Both the position numbers and the translations under genes were made by a program. From Patescibacteria group bacterium (lineage in GTDB: Bacteria > Patescibacteriota > Microgenomatia > Levybacterales > UBA12049), in contig BPJB01000001.1 of NCBI GenBank assembly GCA_026004395.1, positions 263,343 through 327,342 of the forward strand: a stretch of 64,000 bases of DNA. The letters are read 5' to 3'. The notes under the pieces are model-generated. The model had not been told where the DNA came from. It was given only the letters and a program-made list of their open reading frames with translations, and did no database searches. Below, piece after piece: positions 1 through 9,112 of the stretch (the first letter of the stretch is position 1; each line of letters begins with the position of its first letter).

Positions 1-75
1 GGCTGGATGACTGTTGGGATTATGTTTTGTGCATCATTAGGTCTTATTGTGAGTTTTTTAATATTCAAGTAGAAT

Positions 76-1092
76 TTGGATGCTATGGAAGATATAGTTG
101 AACGTGTAAACAAGCTTGGACTCAAAATTAATCTTAGTGAGAAGAAAAGAAGGATTGAGGAGCTCAAGAAAGAGAGTGAGCGTCCAGAGTTCTGGCAAGA
201 TCATCAAACAGCAGCACAGAAAATGAAAGAATTATCAGCTCTACAAAAAGAAGTGGAGGAATTCGAGCTTCTTCAATTATTGGTAGAAGAGGGAGATTTG
301 CAGGAAGCAGAGAGACTGTTGAAAAAACTGGAGACTATTTTGTATTTTACATCTCCTTATGATCAAGGAAATGCTATTGTAGCAATTCATGCAGGTCAAG
401 GTGGAACTGAAGCGATGGATTGGGCAGAGATGCTTTTTCGAATGTACACAAGATATTTTGACAAAAAAGGTTGGAGTTATGAAATCCTCGATCAAACACC
501 GGGAGAAGAAGCAGGAATTAAGAGTATTACTTTAGCGGTGAACGGAAGATATGCCTATGGATTGCTTAAACACGAAGCAGGAGTGCATCGGCTTGTAAGA
601 CAGTCTCCTTTTAATGCGGATAAGCTTCGTCAAACATCATTCGCCATGGTTGAGGTCCTTCCTCAAATCGAACAGGCAGGAGCAGTAGAAATAAAAGAAG
701 ACGATATTGAATTCGAGGCTTTCAGAAGCGGAGGTCATGGTGGTCAGAATGTCAATAAAGTTTCAACAGCTGTAAGACTCAGACATAAACCTACAGGAAT
801 TGTAGTGACAGCATCTACTGAACGCTATCAGATACAGAATAGGGAGTATGCGATGAAACTTCTGAGGGCAAAACTTTGGCAGCTTCAGGAAGAACAACGC
901 AAAAAAGAAGAACAACGGCTTAAAGGGGAGTATGTCACACCGGGTTGGGGTAATCAGATCAGGTCTTATGTACTTCATCCTTATAAAATGGTTAAGGATT
1001 TGCGAACAGGTGTTGAAACCGGTAATACAGATGCGGTTCTCAATGGAGAGCTTGACCAATTCATTGAGGAAGAGCTCAGACAGCTATCATGA
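76..1092 (+). CDS. prfB: Peptide chain release factor 2 (RF2)
   Basis: The translation carries the GGQ motif ([20 protein letters not shown]) and an SPF tripeptide (RQSPFNA), which is diagnostic of RF2 rather than RF1. Length and N-terminal PEFW region fit RF2. The ORF is continuous, so the programmed +1 frameshift site is absent. It ends in TGA. Confidence 0.9.
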   Translation: MDAMEDIVERVNKLGLKINLSEKKRRIEELKKESERPEFWQDHQTAAQKMKELSALQKEVEEFELLQLLVEEGDLQEAERLLKKLETILYFTSPYDQGNAIVAIHAGQGGTEAMDWAEMLFRMYTRYFDKKGWSYEILDQTPGEEAGIKSITLAVNGRYAYGLLKHEAGVHRLVRQSPFNADKLRQTSFAMVEVLPQIEQAGAVEIKEDDIEFEAFRSGGHGGQNVNKVSTAVRLRHKPTGIVVTASTERYQIQNREYAMKLLRAKLWQLQEEQRKKEEQRLKGEYVTPGWGNQIRSYVLHPYKMVKDLRTGVETGNTDAVLNGELDQFIEEELRQLS

Positions 1093-1237
1093 TGATTTAA
1101 ATAATTACCAAATCAGAATATTTTTTCTTAATAAATATTGATCTTAATTATTGGGTTGTCAAAAGATGTAAAATATGGTTTACTAAAGAAGAATCAGTTG
1201 TACACATAGTGGTACCCTGAATAAAGGTGATATAAAA

Positions 1238-1684
1238 ATGGAGAAGATTGAAAAACCACAATCCTCATTAATACATGACTTTAATCAAAGCGAATCTAAG
1301 AATAGTACTTTAAAGATTATAATCTATTTTCTTGTTGTTGTTTCTTTAGGTGTTGGTAGTGGTTACTTTTTGGCGAGAAAAAATCCAAGTGTTGAAAATA
1401 AATCTTCTCCTACTTCTTCAATCAACAAGGGCCAAATTTTTGGCTCAGTTGATACAAAAGCGTTTCCCGATACAGCAGAAGGTATTTTAAGAGAGGGTGG
1501 TATAGATGGTGAAGGAGCTTTCCACTTAGAACGACCCGGAGGGGAAAGCCAATACGTTTATTTGACGTCCTCAGTTGTTGATCTATCAAAGATGGTGGGT
1601 AAAAAAATAAAAGTATGGGGTGCAACACAGAAGGCTCAAAAAGCAGGGTGGCTTATGGATGTTGGTCGTGTTCAAATTCTGTGA
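1238..1684 (+). CDS. Hypothetical membrane-anchored/secreted protein
   Basis: 148-aa ORF with an N-terminal hydrophobic segment (IIIYFLVVVSLGVGSGYFL) and an AGGTGA SD 8 nt upstream. No recognisable domain. Confidence 0.5.
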   Translation: MEKIEKPQSSLIHDFNQSESKNSTLKIIIYFLVVVSLGVGSGYFLARKNPSVENKSSPTSSINKGQIFGSVDTKAFPDTAEGILREGGIDGEGAFHLERPGGESQYVYLTSSVVDLSKMVGKKIKVWGATQKAQKAGWLMDVGRVQIL

Positions 1685-1717
1685 TATCATGCCACAGTAA
1701 ATTAGATAAACTGCCTT

Positions 1718-2494
1718 ATGATTCGTCTAGTTGAGGTCACTAAAACTTTTGGAAATGGTACATCTGCGCTTAGCGATGTTTCTCTTACTATTGACAAAGG
1801 AGAATTTGTGTTCCTTGTTGGACCATCAGGTTCGGGTAAAACAACACTTCTTAGACTTTTAATACGAGAGATGCTTCCTACTAAAGGTATTATTACTATA
1901 GGAGATTGGAATTTGGTGGAACTTCCCAATAATAAGGTCCCTCACCTGAGGAGACGAATAGGTTTTGTATTTCAAGACCTTAAAATATTAATGGATAGAA
2001 CAATTTATGAAAATATTATGCTTCCACTGGAAATGTCTGATGTTAATCAGAACGAAGCAAAACAAAAGGTTGAGCAGATTTTAGAGCAAGTCGGCCTTTT
2101 AGAGCATGCACACAAATTTCCGATTCAACTTTCGGGGGGAGAACTTCAGCGAGCAGCAATTGCCAGAGCTCTTGTTTTCTCACCCGAGATTTTACTAGCA
2201 GATGAACCAACGGGTAACCTTGACAACACAACTTCGTGGGAGATTGTAAAACTTCTTAATGATATCAACAAATCAGGTACAACAGTTATTATGGCAACGC
2301 ATAATCTTGAGGTAGTTTCAAGCCTTGGCAAACGGACGGTTACACTTGAAAAAGGAAAAGTTATCAAAGATCAAGGAAAAAATCTTCAACCAAAAGACCA
2401 GAAAGAGAAAGAAAGAGAAGGTAAAGATGCTCCTAAGAAAGAAGATGATGCAATAAAAAAATCAAAAGAAGGAGAGAAAGATGCGGACAATTAA
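1718..2494 (+). CDS. ftsE: Cell division ATP-binding protein FtsE
   Basis: Walker A GPSGSGKTT, ABC signature LSGGELQR and Walker B LLADEPTGNLD. It is immediately followed by, and overlaps, an FtsX-like permease. The C-terminal tail is Lys/Glu-rich. Confidence 0.9.
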   Translation: MIRLVEVTKTFGNGTSALSDVSLTIDKGEFVFLVGPSGSGKTTLLRLLIREMLPTKGIITIGDWNLVELPNNKVPHLRRRIGFVFQDLKILMDRTIYENIMLPLEMSDVNQNEAKQKVEQILEQVGLLEHAHKFPIQLSGGELQRAAIARALVFSPEILLADEPTGNLDNTTSWEIVKLLNDINKSGTTVIMATHNLEVVSSLGKRTVTLEKGKVIKDQGKNLQPKDQKEKEREGKDAPKKEDDAIKKSKEGEKDADN

Positions 2495-3347
2495 AACAGC
2501 ATGGAAACATATCAGACGATCTCCATATCAAGCTATGGCAGCAATTCTTATTATGATGCTTACTTTTCTTGTGATCTCTATCTTTTCACTAATTATCATC
2601 AGCTCTTCACAGATTATCAATTATTTTGAACGGTCTCCGAAAGTCACTGCATTTTTTAAAGATGAAGCTAAAAAAGAAAATATTGATGCACTTGCTTCTG
2701 CTTTGAAAGCAACCGGCAAAGTCTCTGAGGTAACATACGTATCAAAAGAAGAAGCATTTAGAAGATACAGTAATTGGAATAAAGATAATCCTTTATTGTT
2801 AGATCTTGTTACCGCAGATGTCCTTCCAGCATCGCTTGAGATCTCAACATACAACATTGAAGATCTTGATGATGTAGCTAAAATTCTCAAAGAATCATCT
2901 TATGTCTCAGAAGTTGTTTACCTTAAGGATGTTGTTTCGACCCTAATAACTTGGACAAGCGCAATTCGCAAAATTGGATTTGCTCTGATTGTCATATTAG
3001 CCATTGTATCTGTTTTTGTGATGACAACTATCATTGGGTTTAAGATTTCCCAAAAGCGAGAAGAAATAGAAATAATGCGTCTTCTAAGTGCTACCAACTG
3101 GTATATTCGTTGGCCATTTCTTTTTGAAGGAATATTCTATGGTATTACAGGAGCATTTTTAGGATGGTTGATTGCATTTGGTATGACACTTTATGCTCGA
3201 CCATATCTTATCTCCTTCCTCAGGGACATTCCTATTGTGACTTTAACCCCAACATTCCTTATTGCACTCCTTAGTATAGAGATAGGTTTGGCTGTTCTTT
3301 TGGGGGCATTTGCCAGCTTCATGGCTGTTCTTCGCTATCTTAAATAA
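2481..3347 (+). CDS. ftsX: Cell division protein FtsX
   Basis: 288 aa with FtsX topology: TM1, a large extracytoplasmic domain, then 3 C-terminal TMs. It overlaps the ftsE stop, which is the typical ftsEX arrangement. Confidence 0.85.
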   Translation: MRTIKTAWKHIRRSPYQAMAAILIMMLTFLVISIFSLIIISSSQIINYFERSPKVTAFFKDEAKKENIDALASALKATGKVSEVTYVSKEEAFRRYSNWNKDNPLLLDLVTADVLPASLEISTYNIEDLDDVAKILKESSYVSEVVYLKDVVSTLITWTSAIRKIGFALIVILAIVSVFVMTTIIGFKISQKREEIEIMRLLSATNWYIRWPFLFEGIFYGITGAFLGWLIAFGMTLYARPYLISFLRDIPIVTLTPTFLIALLSIEIGLAVLLGAFASFMAVLRYLK

Positions 3348-3355
3348 AAGTAGTT

Positions 3356-4612
3356 ATGAGATCATTTATTCGCATTCTATTAGTTGGTGGTTTTCTTCCT
3401 CTTATTGTTGCATTGTATTTTACAAAAATAATTTATGCTCAGGAAGTAACTCCGACATATACACCGACTCCTACACTTACACTCACTCCTACTCCTACTG
3501 AAGACAAATCTAAAAAACTTTCAGATCTTCAAAATCAAATCGCTGAGCTTGAGAAAAAAGTGTCAGAGCTTCAGTCACAAGGGAAAACTCTCAGTTCTCA
3601 GATAGCGGTCATGGATAATCAAATTAAATTAACTGAATACCGCATCAGTGCTACCAGACAAATGATCAGTGATCTTACAGAGGATATCACTGCAGCTGAG
3701 AAAAAAATTGTAACTCTTGAGAAGTCAGTACAAGAAATAACGAAGATACTACTTAGAAGAATTAATGAAACTTATCGACTGAGTAACATCCAACCCTTGC
3801 AGCTTCTTTTATCTTCTAATAGTTTTACTGATTTTATTGCCAGGAAAAATTATATACGTATTGTGCAGGCTAATGATAAGAAAATGATTTATAACACAGT
3901 TCAAGCACGCAATGATTATGAAAATCAAAAAGAAATATTTGAAGGAAAGAAACAGAAGATTCTTGCTCTACAGACTCAACTTGAGGAATATACTCAGCAA
4001 CTAGATAACGATAAAAAAGCAAAAGAAGCACTTTTAAAAGCAACACAAAACGATGAAAAGAAATATCAAGAGTTATTGGCGCAAGCACGTGCTGAATATT
4101 TGGCAATTCAAGGAATAGTTGCAGGAAATGGTACAGAAACTGAAGTAGGAAGAGTTTCTGAAGGGCAACGTATTGCATCGGTTATTTCGGGTGCATCCTG
4201 TAATTCCAGTGGTGGACATTTACACTTTATTGTCAGCATTAATGGATCAACTCAAAATCCTTTTAATTATCTTAAAAGTATAGATTACAAAAACTGTTCT
4301 GGATCAAGCTGTGACAGTGGTGATGGTGATCCTTTCGATCCCTCCGGCAGCTGGGATTGGCCATTAAATGGTCCTATTACATTCTATCAGGGTTATGGAG
4401 AAACATGGGCGGTAAGAAATACTTGGGTAGGACACGTATATAGATTCCATAATGGTATTGATATTACTGGATCATCATATGATGTGAAGGCTGTAAGATC
4501 AGGAATACTCTACAGAGGTAGTTATACAGGAACAGGAGGATGTCGTCTGCCTTATGTAAGAGTGCGTCATGATGATGGTTTAGACACTTTTTATCTTCAT
4601 GTTTACTATTAA
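3356..4612 (+). CDS. EnvC-like coiled-coil murein hydrolase activator with a permuted LytM/M23 domain
   Basis: Signal peptide/TM, a PT-rich linker (TPTYTPTPTLTLTPTPT) and a long coiled coil (aa 50-240). The HxH-containing C-terminal half of an M23 domain comes first (GGHLHFIVSINGSTQNPFNYL). The HxGxD-containing N-terminal half follows (WPLNGPITFYQGYGE...HNGIDITGSSYDVKAVRSGIL...YVRVRHDDGLDTFYLHV). It sits directly downstream of ftsEX. Confidence 0.75.
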   Translation: MRSFIRILLVGGFLPLIVALYFTKIIYAQEVTPTYTPTPTLTLTPTPTEDKSKKLSDLQNQIAELEKKVSELQSQGKTLSSQIAVMDNQIKLTEYRISATRQMISDLTEDITAAEKKIVTLEKSVQEITKILLRRINETYRLSNIQPLQLLLSSNSFTDFIARKNYIRIVQANDKKMIYNTVQARNDYENQKEIFEGKKQKILALQTQLEEYTQQLDNDKKAKEALLKATQNDEKKYQELLAQARAEYLAIQGIVAGNGTETEVGRVSEGQRIASVISGASCNSSGGHLHFIVSINGSTQNPFNYLKSIDYKNCSGSSCDSGDGDPFDPSGSWDWPLNGPITFYQGYGETWAVRNTWVGHVYRFHNGIDITGSSYDVKAVRSGILYRGSYTGTGGCRLPYVRVRHDDGLDTFYLHVYY

Positions 4613-4656
4613 ATAAAATCTCTTGCAGTTTATCAAAGCTCTGCTATTCTGAAGAT

Positions 4657-5499
4657 GTGCGCTATTTTAAATACTGTTTTTCCTTAGTGATTTATTTACT
4701 CATATTTGGCTACTCTGGGGCAAATCAATCATTTGCAGCATTCTCGTTTCATATTGAAAGTATTGATCCTGAAAGCGTATCCAGCAATGACCAAGAGATA
4801 ACAGTAAGACTTACTCTTGTTGATTTACCTAGCGAATCATATTTTCGCATTGGGTGGCAGGAAGCATCAGGTAAACCCTATTTTGGTTATGTGAAGAATA
4901 ACACTGGAGAATGGGTCAAAGTAGATGCAAGTCAAGATTGCAAAAATTATTACCATGTATCAGACCTGTCTACTCAATCGCTTGTTTTGGTAACAAAAGT
5001 CGGGCAAGAGAATGCTGTCGATAATGGAGAATATCTGCTGAAGGCGAGGCGATATACAGCTTCTTGTTCATCTTATACCGATAGTGAGCCTATTACAGTT
5101 CAGGTAAATCTGCCAACACCTACATCAACACCTACCCCAACTTCTCCTCCTGAGCCAACATCTACTCCAACGCGAATACCAACACCTACACCCACTTCGA
5201 CCAAGACTCCTACTCCTTCTCCACTAAAGATGGCGCTAAGTCCTACTACAATAACAACAAATGTTGTTTCATCTCTAAGACAACAAAAAGATGAGGAAGA
5301 TAAGAAGATGATTGTTGCTGAAGAAAAAAAGTTTTCCTATCCTACATCCATTCTTGGTATTAAGGATAAAAAAGATGACTCTCAAAAAAATAATAATTCT
5401 TCTAAGAAAGAATCTACATTTTTCCCAGTGAATTTAATTTTTATCTTAGCAGGAATAATTTTTCTTGTTATTTGTGCTATACTCATCTGTTCTAAATAA
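4657..5499 (+). CDS. Hypothetical secreted protein, PT-rich linker, C-terminal TM anchor
   Basis: N-terminal signal peptide, a Pro/Thr-rich stretch (PTPTSTPTPTSPPEPTSTPTRIPTPTPTSTKTPTPSP) and a C-terminal hydrophobic helix (FPVNLIFILAGIIFLVICAILICS). Confidence 0.5.
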   Translation: MRYFKYCFSLVIYLLIFGYSGANQSFAAFSFHIESIDPESVSSNDQEITVRLTLVDLPSESYFRIGWQEASGKPYFGYVKNNTGEWVKVDASQDCKNYYHVSDLSTQSLVLVTKVGQENAVDNGEYLLKARRYTASCSSYTDSEPITVQVNLPTPTSTPTPTSPPEPTSTPTRIPTPTPTSTKTPTPSPLKMALSPTTITTNVVSSLRQQKDEEDKKMIVAEEKKFSYPTSILGIKDKKDDSQKNNNSSKKESTFFPVNLIFILAGIIFLVICAILICSK

Positions 5500-5516
5500 G
5501 ATGAGGATCAATAGAG

Positions 5517-5979
5517 GTGATTATGAAGCAAGAAGTGAATGAAATTATCAGTAAAAATCCACAGGAGACTCAAGAGATTGCAAGAAGGATTTTATCCCAT
5601 CTAAAGAAAGGTGGGGTGGTTGCACTACAAGGAGAGCTTGGTAGCGGTAAAACAACATTTGCTCAGGGTATAGCGAGAGCGTTGGGTATTACTCAAAGAG
5701 TTGTTTCACCGACATTTCTTATTCGTAAGGAGTATTCTATCCCCGCTAAAAACAATATCCGCAAGTTGTATCATTTAGATCTTTATAGATTGCAACTCTC
5801 CAAAAGAAGTTGATGCAATTGGAATACGTGAGATAATCAATGAGCAGAATGCGCTTGTTCTTATTGAGTGGCCTGAAAAGATAATCGAGTCTTTACCGAA
5901 TTCAACAATACATATAATATTTGAGTATATTGACGATACGACAAGAAAAGTTACTATAAGGATGAAAAATGGAAAATAA
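5517..5979 (+). CDS. tsaE: tRNA t6A biosynthesis ATPase TsaE (YjeE); apparent +1 frameshift near 5790
   Basis: The N-terminal fragment (5517..5813) has the P-loop GELGSGKTTFAQGIARALGI, then VSPTFLI and LYHLDLYRL. The conserved C-terminal part (NSPKEVDAIGIREIINEQNALVLIEWPEKIIESL...) continues in the +1 frame from about 5782 to a TAA at 5977-5979. A single-base change near 5790-5795 would restore a TsaE of about 147 aa. Confidence 0.7.
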
Positions 5980-6556
5980 TATTTTTGAGGCTATACGCAT
6001 CTTAAAAGAAGGAGGCATAGTAATTTTCCCAACAGATACTGCTTTTGGTATTGGATGTAGAGTTGATAGAGAGGATTCTATCGAGAGATTGTTTCGTTTG
6101 AGAAAGCGTCCTACTACTCAACCAACACCTGTTTTGTGCAGTTCTCTTGCAATGGTTCAAGAGTATGTTACTGCTATCCCTGATGATGTGAGAGAAAAAC
6201 TTATTAAACCTTATTGGCCTGGTGCTTTAACTATCGTGCTTCCTGCTAAGACTGAGAAAGTCCCCTCACTAGTAAGGGGTGGAGGATTAACAGTTGGAGT
6301 TCGTATACCAGATCACGCAATAACTCAAAAATTAATCGAAGGTGTAGGTGTACCGATTCTTGGTCCTTCTGCAAATTTTCATGGAGAACCCACTCCTTTT
6401 ACGCTTTCCGCGATTAATCCTAAACTTTATTCTCTTGTAGATTATATTGTTCCGGGAATTTGTAAAAAGAATGAGGCATCAACAGTAATTGATTGTTCTG
6501 TATCTCCATGGAAAATTCTTAGAGAAGGAGCAGTGAAATTAAATATTGATAGATGA
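5969..6556 (+). CDS. tsaC: L-threonylcarbamoyladenylate synthase TsaC (YrdC/Sua5 family)
   Basis: YrdC-domain motifs GGIVIFPTDTAFGIGC, KRPTTQPTPVL, PGALTIV and PSANFHGEP. It overlaps the tsaE 3' end and is followed by tsaB. Confidence 0.85.
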   Translation: MENNIFEAIRILKEGGIVIFPTDTAFGIGCRVDREDSIERLFRLRKRPTTQPTPVLCSSLAMVQEYVTAIPDDVREKLIKPYWPGALTIVLPAKTEKVPSLVRGGGLTVGVRIPDHAITQKLIEGVGVPILGPSANFHGEPTPFTLSAINPKLYSLVDYIVPGICKKNEASTVIDCSVSPWKILREGAVKLNIDR

Positions 6557-6873
6557 AAAGACGTATTTTGATCATTGATACATCCGATAATACTAAAATT
6601 AAAGTTGGACTTAGTATTAATAATCAATTTTATGAAGATGTAGAAGAAGGTGAAGGGAGCAGTTCACAAAGACTTTTGCCTCTTATAGTCAAGATATTGT
6701 CCAAGCATAATCTTTCTTTTCAAGACTTAACAGGAATCGAAGTCAATCTAGGACCTGGATCATTCACTGGTCTTCGTGTTGGCGTTGCTGTTGCCAATGC
6801 TCTGGGAACACTTCTTCGCATTCCCATCAATGGCAAACCAGTAGGAGAACTAGTTGATCCTCATTATGAGTAG
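6553..6873 (+). CDS. tsaB: TsaB (YeaZ) N-terminal-domain-only homolog
   Basis: MKRRILIIDTSDNTKIKVGL ... LTGIEVNLGPGSFTGLRVGVAVANAL matches the Kae1/TsaB N-terminal fold. At 106 aa it is much shorter than the canonical ~230-aa TsaB. Confidence 0.7.
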   Translation: MKRRILIIDTSDNTKIKVGLSINNQFYEDVEEGEGSSSQRLLPLIVKILSKHNLSFQDLTGIEVNLGPGSFTGLRVGVAVANALGTLLRIPINGKPVGELVDPHYE

Positions 6874-6894
6874 GATATACAATAGATAAAGAAG

Positions 6895-7863
6895 ATGAGA
6901 CATTTTTTACGACATTTTTTTATTCCTCATAGCTCAAATAAATACAGAGCAAAACTTCTTCATCACTCGATATTTTTCTTGATTATTGTAGCTTTTCTGG
7001 TTGGAAGTATTACTATCAATCTTGTAGAGAAGGATAGGTCTGTACTTGGTATTGAATATCATATTACAGCTGAAGAACTTCTTCTGCTTACAAACTTAAA
7101 AAGACAAGAAAGAGGACTCCCGCCACTTATTATGAATTCTCAGTTAACTCAGGCAGCATATCAGAAAGCGAAAGATATGTTCTCTAAAAATTACTGGGCA
7201 CATGTTGCCCCTGATGGTACAACTCCCTGGGTCTTTATCAGAGGATCTGGTTACGAGTATGTATATGCAGGAGAAAATCTGGCAAGGGGATTTACGACAT
7301 CTAACGATGTCGTTGAAGCATGGATGAATAGTCAAAGTCATAGGGAAAATATGCTTTCTCCCCATTATCAGGAAATAGGATTTGCTATTGTGGAAGGAAC
7401 ACTAACCGGTGATGAAACTGTATTGGTGGTTGAGATGTTAGGAAGTCGCTCAAGAGCTATACCTGATAGTCAAATTACAGCTTCCTTTGATAGTAGTCCA
7501 GCAATATCTACAACTAATCAACCCATTCTATCGCCTACTCCCTACGAAAAACAAATTGTCATCAATAACATTTCACCAATACCCACACCAACCCCGACTC
7601 CTTTAGTATCCTCAAGTCCTACCCCGACGTCATTTATTAGAGTCGCAGCTGTTCAAAATGAGCCACTTATAGATAAAAACAATCTACAAAAAAATATTGC
7701 TTTGAGTGTACTTTTTGTTATTTCTCTTGCGCTTATTCTTGACTGGATTGTCGCAGGAAGACAAAATTTAGTAAGATTACTCTCCCATAATATGGATCAT
7801 TTGATATTTGTTGGAGCTATTTTAGCAGTAGTATTGATTATTTCAGGAGGTATAATTTTATGA
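6895..7863 (+). CDS. Membrane-anchored CAP/SCP (YkwD-like) domain protein with PT-rich linker
   Basis: N-terminal TM, then CAP-domain motifs (NYWAHVAPDG...GENLARGFTTSNDVVEAWMNSQSHRENMLSPHYQEIGFAIV). This is followed by PT repeats (PIPTPTPTPLVSSSPTPT) and C-terminal TM helices. Confidence 0.7.
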   Translation: MRHFLRHFFIPHSSNKYRAKLLHHSIFFLIIVAFLVGSITINLVEKDRSVLGIEYHITAEELLLLTNLKRQERGLPPLIMNSQLTQAAYQKAKDMFSKNYWAHVAPDGTTPWVFIRGSGYEYVYAGENLARGFTTSNDVVEAWMNSQSHRENMLSPHYQEIGFAIVEGTLTGDETVLVVEMLGSRSRAIPDSQITASFDSSPAISTTNQPILSPTPYEKQIVINNISPIPTPTPTPLVSSSPTPTSFIRVAAVQNEPLIDKNNLQKNIALSVLFVISLALILDWIVAGRQNLVRLLSHNMDHLIFVGAILAVVLIISGGIIL

Positions 7864-8163
7864 GAAGCTACTCTGAGAAAACATCTTTGGTATTATGGTG
7901 TTGGAGCAATTTTTCAGGGTTTAGGACTTCTTTTGATTATCTTATCGTCCGGATTTCCCTCAGATCCAAATGACCTATGTGGTATTGATGGCTTTTTTCT
8001 ATGTTTTATGGGGTATTCTTCATCATATGTTTCACCATGATCTTCATACCAAGATAGTTTTGGAATATGTTTTATTTGCCTCTCTGGGTATTACAGTTAT
8101 TTATTTTTTGCTTCAATAACTAAATTGCAAAATATAATGCAGAGCAAGTCTGAAGGAGAAAAT

Positions 8164-9108
8164 TTAAGCGGAGGATGCGTATTTTTTGAGGTTTTTTCTT
8201 CGCATGTTTTCAATTTGCCACATGATTAGTCGTGTCAACCAGCGAGGATATTTATCCATATAATGTTTTTGATAAAAGATTTTCATAGAATCGAAGCGAG
8301 CGTTTTGGGACTCAATTTTATCTGCTATTTGAGCTGGTGTTATGTCTTGGGATTCCTTCCTTATACCCATAGTTGTTCCTTTAAGATGGAGTATTGAGAC
8401 TTCAGGGACATAATAGATTTTCATGCCTTTTTGTTTGATGCGATAACAAAAATCAATATCCTCCCCATACAGGAAAAAATCTTCGTCCCACCAACCAACC
8501 TTTTCGCCTGTTGTTCTAGGCATTATCATAAAAGCACCAGCTAAAGCGTCAATCTCGTGTGTTTTATTCATATCTTTAACATAAGTCATGTTGTATCCTC
8601 CAAAAAGTCTTGTTTTTGGAAAGAGTTTTGCAAGTCCTGAGAAATGACAAAAAGCATTCCATGGAGTTGGAAAACCGCGATGACAAGCATCATCTATATT
8701 GCCATTTCTAAGTAGGACTTTGCATGTAGCTGCTCCAGCGTCAGGGTGATTTTTTAGAAAGGAAATCATATATGGTAGTACTTTATCATTTACTAGCGTG
8801 TCATTATTAAGAAAAAGTACATATTCACCGTCAGTTTTTTTGAGTCCTATATTGTTTCCTCGAGAAAACCCAAGACCAACTGGATTTAATGTGAGATGGA
8901 ATTTCTTTATCGTCGTTTTTTTTGCATACTCTTTTAGTATTTGAGGTGAGTTATCGCGTGATCCATTGTCAACAAGCGATACTTCATAAATGCCACTTTT
9001 TACTTCTTTCGGATAGCTTTTTTCAATAGATTCTAGAGCATCAAGTGTAACTTTTGGAGTATTGCGATTGATCATTATAATGGATAGAAGCGATCTTTTA
9101 GTATTCAT
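8164..9108 (-). CDS. Glycosyltransferase family 2
   Basis: GT-A motifs: SLVDNGSRDNS and the DxD region LFLNNDTLV. Confidence 0.8.
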   Translation of the reverse strand: MNTKRSLLSIIMINRNTPKVTLDALESIEKSYPKEVKSGIYEVSLVDNGSRDNSPQILKEYAKKTTIKKFHLTLNPVGLGFSRGNNIGLKKTDGEYVLFLNNDTLVNDKVLPYMISFLKNHPDAGAATCKVLLRNGNIDDACHRGFPTPWNAFCHFSGLAKLFPKTRLFGGYNMTYVKDMNKTHEIDALAGAFMIMPRTTGEKVGWWDEDFFLYGEDIDFCYRIKQKGMKIYYVPEVSILHLKGTTMGIRKESQDITPAQIADKIESQNARFDSMKIFYQKHYMDKYPRWLTRLIMWQIENMRRKNLKKYASSA

Positions 9109-9112
9109 ATCT

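Noticed and set aside
76-160. Programmed +1 frameshift site in prfB
   Set aside because: I looked for a CTT TGA C context near codon 25. The ORF is continuous from 76, so there is no frameshift.
277-1141. Six-frame ORFs 277..495(-), 763..1059(-) and 932..1141(+) inside or overlapping prfB
   Set aside because: They overlap a strongly supported gene on another frame or strand. Their translations are low-complexity with no motifs, typical of AT-rich antisense ORFs. The same reasoning applies to the many other short track ORFs nested in annotated genes, for example 2043..2231, 3870..4178, 10511..10759, 13639..13881, 24519..24701, 34055..34327, 39402..40118, 43749..44099, 54199..54616 and 61267..61473.
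3310-3501. 63-aa ORF bridging the ftsX end and EnvC-like start
   Set aside because: It is out of frame with both and repeats the PT-linker nucleotide pattern (SYSYTDSYTYTHSY).
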